From: Hydrurus foetidus
Lineage: Eukaryota
Assembly (NCBI GenBank): GCA_900617105.1
Contig: UYFQ01000006.1
Location: forward strand, 248,001-312,000
DNA length: 64,000 nucleotides
Direction of reading: 5' to 3'
In this document: positions 9,357-19,509 of the stretch, one piece after another
Layout of the letters: every line of letters begins with the position of its first letter
Position numbering within the stretch: the stretch's first letter is position 1
Translations under genes and position numbers: made by a program
The notes under the pieces: generated by a model
Seen by the model: the letters and a program-made list of their open reading frames with translations, nothing else
What the model was told of the DNA's origin: nothing
Database searches by the model: none

Positions 9357-10376
9357 TCACTGCCGCTCAATGCCCACAGCCTTGGCCAGCTTGCGGTAAC
9401 TGGCCGTTTCAACGGCGTAGAACTTGGCGGACTCGTCAAGCGACATGGGCTTGGCCACGATTTGGTACTGCGCCACCAAGGCATCACGCACCTTGGGGTC
9501 GGTCAACACGGCCTGTACGGCTTTTTGGAGCTTTTGCGTGGCATCGGGTGGCGTGCCCTTTTTCACCATGTAGCCCGTCCAAATGGTGAAGCTGAAGTCT
9601 TTGAGCAGCTTGCCCTCTGTCACGGTGGGCAGGTTTTTCAGCGTTTCGGCACGGGTTGCCCCCAGTTGCCCCAGTACCTTGACCCGGCCTGCCGCGACCA
9701 TGCCGTCAATCGCGCCAAATTGCGGCAATATGGCGTAATCCAGATTTCCCCCGGCCAAGTCTTGCAGCAGCGGAGCGACCCCTTTGTACGGCACATGCGT
9801 CATGGGTGCTTTGATGACTTGCCCCAGATGTTCGGCCAGCACGTGGTAAAGCGAGCCGATGCCCACACTGCCGTAGTTCAGTGGCTTGTCTTTGGGCGCA
9901 CTGCGGGCCAATGTGATGAGCTCGTCCATGCTGGACGCGGCCAGTTCTTTTCTGACGACGACCACCATAGGTGCATAGGCAATCAACTGAACCAGCTGAA
10001 AATCTTCGGCATCGAATTTGACGGCGGCATTCGCCAGTGGCGACAAGATCACTTCGTTTGGGGAGCCTTGGTAAAGAAAATGCCCGTCCGCAGGCGCTGA
10101 AAGCACTTTTTGAGCACCCAGGGCACCGCTCACGCCACCCAGGTTTTCGACCATGACGGGAATACCCAGCTCCCGCCCCAACGGCATATTAAAGACACGG
10201 GCGATCACATCCGACGGCCCACCAGCGGGGTAAGGAACCATCAGCGAAACGGTGCTGCCAGGGATGGTCTGGGCAGTGACAGGCGACACCGCCAGCAGCG
10301 CCGCCGCCGTTACCGCAACCGCGCGAACCAGGGTGCGCGGCATCAAAAACCGTGCATAGCGTTGAACAAAGTGCAT
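9357..10376 (-). CDS. Tripartite tricarboxylate transporter substrate-binding protein (Bug/TctC)
   Basis: VPYPAGGPSD, VENLGG, LNYGSVGIGS, HVPYKG motifs; signal peptide; start is 10376 (has GGAG) or 10343. Confidence 0.9.
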   Translation of the reverse strand: MHFVQRYARFLMPRTLVRAVAVTAAALLAVSPVTAQTIPGSTVSLMVPYPAGGPSDVIARVFNMPLGRELGIPVMVENLGGVSGALGAQKVLSAPADGHFLYQGSPNEVILSPLANAAVKFDAEDFQLVQLIAYAPMVVVVRKELAASSMDELITLARSAPKDKPLNYGSVGIGSLYHVLAEHLGQVIKAPMTHVPYKGVAPLLQDLAGGNLDYAILPQFGAIDGMVAAGRVKVLGQLGATRAETLKNLPTVTEGKLLKDFSFTIWTGYMVKKGTPPDATQKLQKAVQAVLTDPKVRDALVAQYQIVAKPMSLDESAKFYAVETASYRKLAKAVGIERQ

Positions 10377-10569
10377 AAAAACTCCGGACAGTGAAAAGGG
10401 TGATGGAGGGATAAAAGGCATAAAGCAGGAAAGGCCAAGCTGATGCTAAAAACACCAGCATCATTTGTCCAATGCATGTTTTTTATGAAAATGATTACCC
10501 AAACTCATGACTTGGCTTCGGGTTAAGTTACCCTATGTCTTCAGCGTATTTGCAGCACAACACTCCCCC

Positions 10570-11496
10570 ATGAACCTCAGCCAACTCAACCACTTGATTG
10601 CCCTTTACGAACTGGGTTCGTTCAGTCGGGCTGCGGAGCGTTTGCATGTGACGCAGCCGGCGCTCAGCCGCAGTGTGCAGGCGCTGGAGGCTGAGTTGGG
10701 GGTGGCGCTGATTGACCGTGTGGGCAAGAGCAATGAATTCACGCAGTTTGGCAAAACCGTGGTGGCCCGTGCGCGCCGGGTGGCGCATGAGGCGGATGAG
10801 CTAAAGCGCTCGGCGGTGCTGCTGCGTGAAGGCGCGATGGGGTCGGTGCGGATAGGCTTGAGTTCGGGCCCGGCAGCGTTGCTGATGGTGCCGCTGTTGA
10901 AATTCATGGCCCATACGTACCCGGCGGTTCACCTTAGTCTGGTGCAAGGCCCCATCACCATGCAGGTCGCAGCGCTGCATGACAAGGCGCTGGACGCGCT
11001 GGTGGTGGACTCGCGCGCGTTGGTTCCCGCAGCGGACTTGCAGGTCGAGCAGCTGCCGGATGTGCAGGCCGGTTTTTTATGCCGCAGTGGACACCCGCTG
11101 TGCAGCCTGGAGCACATCACGCTGGCGCAGTTGGTCAAGTTTCCGGTGGCATCGTCGCCCTTGAGCGATGAGGTAGCCCGTGCGTTGGTAGAGCGCTACG
11201 GGCCAGGGGGCCACCCTGACAGTCTGGTGACGCTGCGCTGCGAACACCTTGCCAGCCTCCTTGAGGTGACGCTACAGAGCGATGCGGTTTACCTGGGCAC
11301 GCTAGCCTCGGCGCGTGTGGCGCTGGACGCGGGGCTGCTGGTGAACTTGCCCATGGCGGTGCCTTTGTTGTCATCCGCCCGCTACGCGCTGGTCAGCCTG
11401 CTGGGGCGCACGGAGCCGCCCGCGCTGAACATCGTGCGCCGTTTTGTGGTTGACCAGATCGTCAACAGCTCAATCTACCAGCCACCCTCAGCGTGA
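10570..11496 (+). CDS. LysR-family transcriptional regulator
   Basis: GSFSRAAERLHVTQPALSRSVQALE HTH; divergent from Bug-M20 operon. Confidence 0.93.
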   Translation: MNLSQLNHLIALYELGSFSRAAERLHVTQPALSRSVQALEAELGVALIDRVGKSNEFTQFGKTVVARARRVAHEADELKRSAVLLREGAMGSVRIGLSSGPAALLMVPLLKFMAHTYPAVHLSLVQGPITMQVAALHDKALDALVVDSRALVPAADLQVEQLPDVQAGFLCRSGHPLCSLEHITLAQLVKFPVASSPLSDEVARALVERYGPGGHPDSLVTLRCEHLASLLEVTLQSDAVYLGTLASARVALDAGLLVNLPMAVPLLSSARYALVSLLGRTEPPALNIVRRFVVDQIVNSSIYQPPSA

Positions 11497-11509
11497 GTTC
11501 TGGATACCG

Positions 11510-12379
11510 TTAACCCAGTGGAATCTGGTCGAAAACCGGATGCAGGGCTTCTAGCCAGCCATCCAGTTCAATAGGCGTAACTTGCAAGTAGCCTAGGCAC
11601 GCCTGCCCGTGCTGCGCCCATTCCTGCAGCGGGCGCGCCCCTTCGTGCAAGGCCACAAGTTGTTCCGCGAGCAAGGACATGGCCACCAAGGTGCGCACCT
11701 CCGGTGCAATGCTTTCTTCCTGGAGAATGCCAAAGTCGTGGTGCAGACGCACTGCTGCAGTCACGACTTGCGGCAGTTTCCAGGTCTTCGCCACCAGTGC
11801 GCCCACTACCGCGTGGTCGGTCTTGTGGACAGCATTCTCGGTCTGAATAAAGCTGCGATCCTGCCGGGCCAATGCTTCGACCAACGTTCCAGCGTAACCC
11901 TTCACCCCTTGCAGCATCACAGGGATGCCCACATGGCAAAAAAGGCCGCAGGTCTGTGCCACATCCACGTCCACGCCATACAGGTTCCGGGAGATATAAG
12001 CCATGGCCAGAGAGCGCTGGGTGGATGTCTCCCAGAAATGCTCCAGCAAAGCCGAATCAGCACGGATAGCGTGGCGGGTAAAAAAACCCGTCAACACCGC
12101 TACCGACTGCTTCAACCCAAGCATGGAAATAGCCTCACCCACCGTGCGACTGGTGCGCGAACGCATGAACAGCGGGCTGTTGGAAAAACGGATCAATGCC
12201 GCAGCCATGGCCACATCCTGGCTGGCTATGGCTGCCACGGTGTGGGGGTCAGGGTCGCCACCGCGCACTTCTTGCTGCAGTTCCACCAGCAAGGACGGGC
12301 AAGGCGGGATCACGATATCCCGAACGGCCCCCTGAGTGCGAACGGTTTCCAGTTCCTGGTCGATTTGCGCAAGCCGCAT
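11510..12379 (-). CDS. HDOD domain-containing protein
   Basis: IPPCP, D..MAAALIRFSNSP, GLFCHVG, HAVVGALVAKTWKLP...HH motifs. Confidence 0.85.
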   Translation of the reverse strand: MRLAQIDQELETVRTQGAVRDIVIPPCPSLLVELQQEVRGGDPDPHTVAAIASQDVAMAAALIRFSNSPLFMRSRTSRTVGEAISMLGLKQSVAVLTGFFTRHAIRADSALLEHFWETSTQRSLAMAYISRNLYGVDVDVAQTCGLFCHVGIPVMLQGVKGYAGTLVEALARQDRSFIQTENAVHKTDHAVVGALVAKTWKLPQVVTAAVRLHHDFGILQEESIAPEVRTLVAMSLLAEQLVALHEGARPLQEWAQHGQACLGYLQVTPIELDGWLEALHPVFDQIPLG

Positions 12380-12415
12380 GAATACTCCTTAAGAGTCTCG
12401 AATTATGCAAGCAGC

Positions 12416-13669
12416 TCAACGGGTGAAAGCAAAATCCACTTCCGTCGCTAGCCCACTGACGATGCGTGCAATGGACTTGCCCGAGCCACAAGCGTGCGTC
12501 CAGCCCAGCGTGCCGTGGCCTGTGTTCAGGTAGAAGTTGGGTAATTTGGTTTTACCAATCAAGGGCACGTTGCTGGGGGTGGCGGGGCGCAACCCCGTCC
12601 AGTAACTGGCCTGGGACGCATCGCCCGCACCAGGGAACAGCTGCTCGACACGCTTCACAATGGCTTCGCAGCGCACGCGGTTCAGGTCGCGGTCGTAGCC
12701 GTTGAATTCAGCGGTGCCCGCAATGCGCAGGCGGTCGCCCAAGCGTGAGAACACCAGTTTGTACTCGTCATCGGTCAGGCTGACTTGATGGGCCATAGCC
12801 GCATCTTTCACGGGCATCGTCACCGAATAGCCTTTGGCGGGGTAGATGGGCAAGTGGATGCCCAGCGGCGCGGTGTACAGTGGGCTGAGTGAGCCCATCG
12901 CCATCACATAGGCATCGGCCTGGATGCGCTGGAAACGGCCTTCGCTGTCGGTGGCTTCCACATGGTCGATGCGCCCACCGGCCTCGCGCAGCGCGGTGAC
13001 GGTGTGGCTCATCAAGAACTTCACGCCGCTGGCTTGGCAGAGCTTGACCAACTCGCGGGCGAAGGCGTTGGCGTCACCCGATTCGTCTTCGGCGGTGAAG
13101 GTGGCCCCGGCCAGCTGGGGGCGGATGTGGCGCAGCGTGGGCTCGATGCGCACGGCCTCGTCGGCGGAAATTACCTGGCGCTCGCAACCTAAGGCACGCA
13201 TTTGCTCAGCGGGTTTGAGCGCCCCATCAAACTCTTTTTGCGTGGTGTAGAAATGCAAGATGCCTTGGGTGCGCTGGTCGTAGCTGATGCCGGTGTCGCG
13301 CCGCAGTTGTTGCAGAGTGTCGCGGCTGTAGGTGCCCAGACGCACGATTTGCTCGATGTTGTGGCGGGTGCGTGCCGGTGTGCATTCGCGCAAGAACTGC
13401 AAGCCCCACAACCACTGGCGCATGTCTGCGCGGATACGGAACAACAAAGGGGCATCTTCGCGGCCCAGCCACTGCAAAACCTTGAGCGGGGCGCTGGGGT
13501 TGGCCCAGGGTTCGGCATGGCTGACCGATATTTGCCCGCCATTGGCAAAGCTGGTTTCCGCAGCAGGGGTGGCCTGCCGGTCGATGACGGTGACTTCGTG
13601 GCCGAGTTGAGAAAGGTAGTAAGCAGAGCTTGCGCCGAGCAAGCCGCTGCCGAGAACGAGTACGCGCAT
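12416..13669 (-). CDS. dadA: D-amino acid dehydrogenase
   Basis: GSGLLG FAD motif, ETSFANGGQIS, PAKGYS, WTGLRPATP, NTGHGTLGWT. Confidence 0.9.
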   Translation of the reverse strand: MRVLVLGSGLLGASSAYYLSQLGHEVTVIDRQATPAAETSFANGGQISVSHAEPWANPSAPLKVLQWLGREDAPLLFRIRADMRQWLWGLQFLRECTPARTRHNIEQIVRLGTYSRDTLQQLRRDTGISYDQRTQGILHFYTTQKEFDGALKPAEQMRALGCERQVISADEAVRIEPTLRHIRPQLAGATFTAEDESGDANAFARELVKLCQASGVKFLMSHTVTALREAGGRIDHVEATDSEGRFQRIQADAYVMAMGSLSPLYTAPLGIHLPIYPAKGYSVTMPVKDAAMAHQVSLTDDEYKLVFSRLGDRLRIAGTAEFNGYDRDLNRVRCEAIVKRVEQLFPGAGDASQASYWTGLRPATPSNVPLIGKTKLPNFYLNTGHGTLGWTHACGSGKSIARIVSGLATEVDFAFTR

Positions 13670-13680
13670 GGTGAACACCT

Positions 13681-13735
13681 GAAAGTGTGCTCCCCGCAGC
13701 ATGGATATACGTAGACAGCTATTAAAAATGTAGCA
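13681..13735 (-). repeat. Copy of dispersed GCTAY-N7-RTAGC element in dadA leader
   Basis: Core GCTAT-taaaaat-GTAGC at 13718-13734; conserved downstream positions align with other copies. Confidence 0.7.
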
Positions 13736-13761
13736 ACCTGACGCACGCTGCGTGGTTGCCG

Positions 13762-13968
13762 CTCCCCCTGTCCTTGTTACCTGAGAGATTCGCCCGTCAG
13801 CACACGCTGAGGGGTTTGCTCCTTCGGTGCACCACATGGTGTGGTGGCTCTCCAGACGGCTTTTCAATAGATGCAGTACATGGCCCTGTGTGACGAGGGG
13901 GATACCTGAGCGTTCATGGGAGTTTGCGCCTTCGGTGGAGCGGCTTGGGGCCGCTCACTCTCCTGCGT
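13762..13968 (-). ncRNA. Tandem (two-aptamer) glycine riboswitch
   Basis: Minus strand has GGAGAG...CCGAAGGCGCAA...CTCAGG and GGAGAG...CCGAAGGAGCAA...CTCTCAGGT...GGACAGGG, upstream of dadA. Confidence 0.92.
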
Positions 13969-14009
13969 TGTGGATTCTATCGCGACGACCGTGTTTCACG
14001 TCCAAGACC

Positions 14010-14792
14010 TTACTTCAGCCACCGGTCCACCACCCGTTGGTACTCCCCCGTGGCTTTGGCCAGATGCAGCCACTGGTCAACGTAGGCTTTGAAGCTCACA
14101 TCGCCACGCGGCAGCATGTAGGCCATTTCGCCGTATTGCAGGGGGTTTTCGGGGTTGATGGCGCACAGGCCGGGGCGCAGGCGTTGCTGGGTGATGGCTT
14201 CGGCGGATTCGGTAACGAAAACGTCGGCGTGGCCCTTGAGCACCTCGTCAAAGATGGTGATGTTTTCGCCATGCACGGTGAGCTTGGCGACTTTGAAGTT
14301 GGCACGCGCAAAGCGCTCGTTGCTGCCACCGGGGTTGACGATCACGCGCACGTCGGGCTTGTCAATGTCGGCCACAGTTTGGTATTTGGCGATGTCTGCA
14401 CAACGGGCGATGGGCGCCTTGCCGTTCACCATGTAGGCAGTGCTGAAAAACACCTTTTTTTGCCGCTCGGTGGTCACAGAAATACCGCCCACCGCCATAT
14501 CGCACTTGCCCGCCACCATGTCAGGCAGCAGATTCGCCCAACTGGTTTTCACCCATTGCGGCTTGACCCCCAGGCTGGTGGAGAGGGAGGCGACCAAATC
14601 GGCGTCGATACCCTCAATGCTCTGGTCAGCCAGTTGAAAGCCAAACGGCTTGTAGTCACCAGGGGTGCATACGCGCAGCACAGCGGACTGCTGCACGGTG
14701 TCTAGCGCAGAGGGGGCGGGGGGAGCTTGAGCAAACACAGTGCCCACAGCCACGGTGGCACATGCAGCCATCAAAACAGCATTGAAATTCAT
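14010..14792 (-). CDS. Periplasmic substrate-binding protein family 3 / cyclohexadienyl dehydratase (PheC-like)
   Basis: Signal peptide; LRVCTPGDYKPF, GGISVTTER, NPGGSNERFA motifs. Confidence 0.8.
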   Translation of the reverse strand: MNFNAVLMAACATVAVGTVFAQAPPAPSALDTVQQSAVLRVCTPGDYKPFGFQLADQSIEGIDADLVASLSTSLGVKPQWVKTSWANLLPDMVAGKCDMAVGGISVTTERQKKVFFSTAYMVNGKAPIARCADIAKYQTVADIDKPDVRVIVNPGGSNERFARANFKVAKLTVHGENITIFDEVLKGHADVFVTESAEAITQQRLRPGLCAINPENPLQYGEMAYMLPRGDVSFKAYVDQWLHLAKATGEYQRVVDRWLK

Positions 14793-14875
14793 AGGATGAG
14801 TCCAGGGTCAGGTTAAAGGTCAGGCGAAAGGAATGACAATCATTGTGCGCGATTCAATGCGCGTGATCACACACT

Positions 14876-15817
14876 ATGCCCCCTTACAACCTCGCCCGCT
14901 TCGATCTCGTCAGCATCCGCCTCGCCGTCGCCTGCGTGCAAACCGGCAGCCTGAGCGCTGCGGCCCGCGAGGTGAGTCTGGCACTGGCGGCGGCCAGTCG
15001 GCGGCTGCGTGAACTCGAATCTGCGCTGGGCGATGCGTTGTTTGAGCGCCATGCACGCGGCCTGACCCCCACCGCAGCAGGGCGGGTGTTTGTTAAACAT
15101 GGGCTGACGCTGTTGCAAACGATGGCGCAATTGGGCAGCGAACTGGCAGACCAGCGCCAGGGTGTGGCGCGGCATATTCGCTTGTGTGCCAGCACTGCCG
15201 CCATCAACCAGTTTTTACCGCCGTTGCTGGCATGCTATGCGCAGCAGCAGCCGCAAATCAGGGTGGACTTGGAAGAACAGGTCTCCGAAGCCGTGGTCAC
15301 CACGCTGCGTGAAGGCCGTGCCGATGTGGCGGTATTTGTGGAAGGGCCGAACACCCAGGGGCTGACAACGCAGCTGTTCCGCGCCGATGAACTGGTGCTG
15401 GTACTGCCCGCCAACCACCGGCTGGCCGTCCCCTCGCCTTCACCTGCCATCGCCTTTGCAGACACCCTGGACGAAGACTGGATCAGCCTGACCACCGGTG
15501 CTGCCATGCTGCAACAGCAGCAGCAAGCCGCCCTCGCCGCCCACAAACCGCTGCGTTTGCGGATGCAAGTGCGCAGCTTTGACGCGGTGTGCCATCTGGT
15601 GGCGGCCGGTCTGGGCGTGGCGCTGCTGCCGCGTGACGCGGTGCTGCCCATGGTCAACACCCTGGCGCTGAGCTGGCAACCCTTGATCGACACATGGGCA
15701 CAGCGGCGCTTGCTGGTGGGCTGCACGGCAACGGCTGATCTGGCAGTCACCACCTTCGCCCGATTTTTGGCGGAGCCTTCGCAAAATGCGAAAGCCAGCC
15801 CCCGCAAGCAGCAATAG
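14876..15817 (+). CDS. LysR-family transcriptional regulator
   Basis: GSLSAAAREVSLALAAASRRLRELE HTH and LTTR substrate domain. Confidence 0.92.
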   Translation: MPPYNLARFDLVSIRLAVACVQTGSLSAAAREVSLALAAASRRLRELESALGDALFERHARGLTPTAAGRVFVKHGLTLLQTMAQLGSELADQRQGVARHIRLCASTAAINQFLPPLLACYAQQQPQIRVDLEEQVSEAVVTTLREGRADVAVFVEGPNTQGLTTQLFRADELVLVLPANHRLAVPSPSPAIAFADTLDEDWISLTTGAAMLQQQQQAALAAHKPLRLRMQVRSFDAVCHLVAAGLGVALLPRDAVLPMVNTLALSWQPLIDTWAQRRLLVGCTATADLAVTTFARFLAEPSQNAKASPRKQQ

Positions 15818-15851
15818 ACACGGTTTGGCGTTGACGGCAAACTCGGCGGCC

Positions 15852-17090
15852 ATGAACACCGAAATACCACATGCCCTTGAGCCGGTCAAAACCTCATCCC
15901 ACCCCGGCCCGCTCGCAGGGCTGAAAGTCCTGGAACTTGGCCAGCTCATCGCTGGCCCTTTTGCCGCCAAGACACTGGGGGACTTTGGTGCGGAGGTCAT
16001 CAAAATTGAGCCCCCCGGCACAGGCGACCCGCTGCGCAAATGGCGCTTGCTGAAAGACGGCACCTCGGTGTGGTGGCAGGTGCAGTCGCGCAACAAGCAA
16101 TCCCTCGCGCTCGACCTCAAGCGCCCGCAAGCCCAAGCCCTGGTGCGCCAACTGGCGGCTGAAAGTGACGTGCTGATCGAGAACTTCCGCCCTGGCGCGA
16201 TGGAGGGCTGGGGGCTGGGGCCGGACGAATTGCTCGCACTGAACCCGCGTCTCATCATGCTGCGCATCAGCGGCTACGGCCAGACCGGGCCTTACCGCGA
16301 CCGCCCCGGCTTTGGCGTGGTGGGCGAAGCGATGGGTGGTATCCGGCATTTGACGGCGGAACCCGGCCGTGTGCCGGTGCGCGTGGGCATCAGTCTGGGC
16401 GACACGCTGGCGGCGCTGCACGGGGTGATCGGCATTTTGCTGGCGCTGCACGAGCGGCAACGCTCGGGCCAGGGCCAAGTGATCGACGTGGCGCTGTACG
16501 AGGCGATGTTCAACTGCATGGAAAGCCTGCTGCCCGAGTACAGCGCTTTCGGTGCGGTGCGCGGGCCTGCGGGCAGTGCCCTGCCCGGCATTGCGCCCAG
16601 CAACGCCTACCTGTGCAGCGACGGCGGTTATGCGCTGATTGCAGGCAACGGTGACAGTATTTACAAACGCCTGATGGCGGTGATTGGCCGCGACGATTTG
16701 GGGGCTGAACCCGCGCTGTCCGACAACGCAGGCCGCGTGGCCCGTGTCACCGAGATCGACGCTGCCATTGGCCTGTGGGCCGCGCAACTCAGCGTGGACG
16801 AGGTGCTGGCCGCGCTCGATGCGGCCAGCGTGCCCGCAGGCCGCATTTACACCGCGGCCGACATCGCCGCTGACCCGCACTACGCGGCGCGGGAGATGCT
16901 GCAACACATCACGATGGACGATGGCAGCGCGTTGATGGTGCCCGGCATCGTGCCCAAACTCTCGCGCACCCCCGGCAGCCACCGGCGTAACGCGCCTCAC
17001 ATTGGCCAGGATTCAGACACCGTGCTGAGTGGCATGGGCCTGAGTGCGGCGCAAATCCAAACCCTGAAAGACCAAGGCATCGTGGCATGA
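15852..17090 (+). CDS. CaiB/BaiF family (class III) CoA-transferase
   Basis: GPLAGLKVLELGQLIAGP, GAEVIKIEPP..GDPLR, RNKQSLALDLK, ENFRPG. Confidence 0.93.
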   Translation: MNTEIPHALEPVKTSSHPGPLAGLKVLELGQLIAGPFAAKTLGDFGAEVIKIEPPGTGDPLRKWRLLKDGTSVWWQVQSRNKQSLALDLKRPQAQALVRQLAAESDVLIENFRPGAMEGWGLGPDELLALNPRLIMLRISGYGQTGPYRDRPGFGVVGEAMGGIRHLTAEPGRVPVRVGISLGDTLAALHGVIGILLALHERQRSGQGQVIDVALYEAMFNCMESLLPEYSAFGAVRGPAGSALPGIAPSNAYLCSDGGYALIAGNGDSIYKRLMAVIGRDDLGAEPALSDNAGRVARVTEIDAAIGLWAAQLSVDEVLAALDAASVPAGRIYTAADIAADPHYAAREMLQHITMDDGSALMVPGIVPKLSRTPGSHRRNAPHIGQDSDTVLSGMGLSAAQIQTLKDQGIVA

Positions 17091-18040
17091 ACGCATCCAT
17101 CCCCTCCCTCTCTTCCAAACCTTTAAAACCCCGCATTTACTTCAACGAAGTCGCCACCCGCGATGGCTTTCAAATTGAGCCGAACTTCATCGCCACCGAC
17201 ACCAAAGTCGCCCTGGTCGATGCTCTGAGCGCTTGCGGCTACGCCAAGATCGAAGTCACCTCGTTCACCTCGCCCAAGGCCATCCCCATGCTGCGTGATG
17301 CAGAAGAAGTGATGGGCCGCATCCAGCGGGTGCCGGGTGTGGAATACACGGTGCTGGTGCCCAACCTGCGCGGCGCAGAGCGGGCGCTGGAATCCAGGGC
17401 GGACGAGTTGAACCTGGTGATGTCGGTGTCTGAAACGCACAACCTCGCCAACCTGCGCATGCCGCGTGACACCAGCTTTGCCGCTCTGGCCGAGGTCATC
17501 CGCAGGGTGGATGGCCGCACGCCCATCAACGTGTCGCTGTCGTGCAGCTTTGGCTGCCCAATGGAAGGCGATGTGCCTTTGACCTCGCTGATCGCCTGGG
17601 CAGAGCGCTTTGTGGCCTTAGGTGTGCGGGGGCTGACCATCTGCGACACCACTGGCATGGCCCACCCAGCCCAAGTGGCACGGGTGGTGGACACGTTACA
17701 AAACCGCTTCCCACACACCCAACTCACCCTGCACTTCCACAACACACGCGGCATGGGCTTGGCGAATGTGCTGGCGAGCGTACAAGGCGGCATTGTTCGC
17801 TTTGACGGCTCGCTGGGGGGTTTGGGCGGCTGCCCCTACGCCCCAGGGGCCAGTGGCAACATCAGCAGCGAAGACGCGATTCACATGCTGGATGCGATGG
17901 GCTATGACACCGGAATGGACTTGGACGCACTGCTGACAGTGGCACGCCAGATGCCCCACATCGTCGGCCATGACGTGCCGGGACAGGTCGCCAAAGCCGG
18001 GCGCATCACCGACTTGCACCCAGCACCCTGTCAACCTTGA
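17087..18040 (+). CDS. Hydroxymethylglutaryl-CoA lyase family protein
   Basis: RDGFQ, FGCPMEG, DTTG, LHFHNTRG, GLGGCPYAPGASGN motifs. Confidence 0.9.
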   Translation: MNASIPSLSSKPLKPRIYFNEVATRDGFQIEPNFIATDTKVALVDALSACGYAKIEVTSFTSPKAIPMLRDAEEVMGRIQRVPGVEYTVLVPNLRGAERALESRADELNLVMSVSETHNLANLRMPRDTSFAALAEVIRRVDGRTPINVSLSCSFGCPMEGDVPLTSLIAWAERFVALGVRGLTICDTTGMAHPAQVARVVDTLQNRFPHTQLTLHFHNTRGMGLANVLASVQGGIVRFDGSLGGLGGCPYAPGASGNISSEDAIHMLDAMGYDTGMDLDALLTVARQMPHIVGHDVPGQVAKAGRITDLHPAPCQP

Positions 18041-18070
18041 GCAACCTTGAGCAACCTTGAAAAACCTTAA
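18031..18070 (+). repeat. 10-bp tandem repeat (xCAACCTTGA) x4, last unit degenerate
   Basis: tcaaccttga gcaaccttga gcaaccttga aaaaccttaa, overlapping the lyase stop codon. Confidence 0.85.
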
Positions 18071-18086
18071 ACAGCCCTGATTGACC

Positions 18087-18479
18087 ATGATTAAGCACCT
18101 TGACCACCTCGTTCTGACCACGCACGATGAAGCCGCTTGCGTGGATTTCTATACCCGTGTGCTGGGCATGACGCTGGAAAGCTTTATCGGCGGCACGCCC
18201 CCGGTAGAGCGCAAAGCCTTCAAGTTTGGGCATCAAAAAATCAACCTCCATGTGCGGGGCCGTGAGTTTGAACCCAAAGCCCACTTGCCGGTGCCGGGTG
18301 CGCTGGACTTGTGCTTCATCGCCAGCATCCCGCTGACCGAGGTGATAGCGAAGCTACAGATGGCAAACTGGCCCATCATCGAAGGCCCGGTGATGCGCAC
18401 GGGTGCGACACAAAAAATCCGATCCATCTACGTGCGCGACCCGGATTTGAATTTGATCGAAATCTCAGAACTTGCCTAA
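18087..18479 (+). CDS. VOC (glyoxalase-like) family protein
   Basis: LDHLVLT, FYTRVLGM, QKINLH, PGALDLCF, YVRDPDLNLIEIS. Confidence 0.9.
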   Translation: MIKHLDHLVLTTHDEAACVDFYTRVLGMTLESFIGGTPPVERKAFKFGHQKINLHVRGREFEPKAHLPVPGALDLCFIASIPLTEVIAKLQMANWPIIEGPVMRTGATQKIRSIYVRDPDLNLIEISELA

Positions 18480-18504
18480 CTTTCACGCTAACAAACAAAT
18501 TACC

Positions 18505-19494
18505 ATGCAACGCAGAACCTTCATCACCAGCCTCTCGGCCAGCGCGATCGCTGCGCCCAACGTGTTCGCCCAAGGCACCTCTGGCACCGCCGGAAAATAC
18601 CCACAGCGGCCCATCACCCTGGTCGTACCCACAGCCCCCGGTGGCACCACCGATTTCACCGCACGCCTCATCGTGGAACCGCTCACCCGTGCCCTGGGAC
18701 AGCCGGTGGTGGTGGACAACAAACCCGGTGCGTCAGGCAACATCGGGAACCAACTCGTCGCCCGCGCCAAGCCCGATGGCTACACGCTTTTGGTGGCCTA
18801 CAGCGGCTACCAGGTGGGCAACCCGCATTTGTTCAAACAAGCAGGCTGGGATCCCCTCAAAGACTTCGCCCCCGTGGCCATGATGACCCGTGCGCCGCAG
18901 GTCATCGCCCTCAGCCCGAAAGTGCCCGCCAACACCCTGGCCGAATTGATCGCCTACGCCAAGGCGAATCCGGGCAAGCTGAACTACGCCTCGTCTGGCA
19001 ACGGCAGCATCCAACACATCGCAGGGGAGCTGTTCAAGCAGCTGACTGGCACCTTCATCACCCACATTCCTTACAGAGGCTCAGGCCCGGCGGTGCAGGA
19101 TTTGCTGGGTGGGCAGGTGGACATGTTCATCACCACGCCCGCCGGGGTGGTGAGCCAAATCCAGGCTGGCAAGCTCAAAGGCATTGCAGTGACGAGCAAG
19201 CAGCGTTTGTCGTCATTGCCCAACGTGCCCACGGCAGCGGAATCGGGCCTCAAAGGCTACGAGCTGGATTCGTGGTTCGCGCTGTACGCGCCTGCAGGCA
19301 CCCCAGCGGATGTGGTAGCGCTGCTGAACACCGAGGTGAACAAAATCATTGCCTCGCCCGAGGCCCGCAAGAAAGCCGAAGAATCAGGCACGGGGGTGGA
19401 GCAGATGACACCCCAGCAACTGGGCGAGTTCACCAAGGCGGAGCTGGACTACTGGGGGCGGGTGATTAAGTCGGCGCGGATTGCGGTGGAGTGA
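18505..19494 (+). CDS. Tripartite tricarboxylate transporter substrate-binding protein (Bug/TctC)
   Basis: RRTF Tat-like signal, YPQRPITLVVP, DNKPGASG, LNYASSGNGS, HIPYRG. Confidence 0.93.
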   Translation: MQRRTFITSLSASAIAAPNVFAQGTSGTAGKYPQRPITLVVPTAPGGTTDFTARLIVEPLTRALGQPVVVDNKPGASGNIGNQLVARAKPDGYTLLVAYSGYQVGNPHLFKQAGWDPLKDFAPVAMMTRAPQVIALSPKVPANTLAELIAYAKANPGKLNYASSGNGSIQHIAGELFKQLTGTFITHIPYRGSGPAVQDLLGGQVDMFITTPAGVVSQIQAGKLKGIAVTSKQRLSSLPNVPTAAESGLKGYELDSWFALYAPAGTPADVVALLNTEVNKIIASPEARKKAEESGTGVEQMTPQQLGEFTKAELDYWGRVIKSARIAVE

Positions 19495-19509
19495 GATGGG
19501 GCGAGGCCG

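Noticed and set aside
15894..17000. 368-aa antisense ORF over the CoA-transferase (likewise 46186-47316, 11609-12451, 13827-14705 and many others)
   Set aside because: Shadow ORFs expected from GC-rich codon bias opposite well-supported genes; no recognisable motifs.
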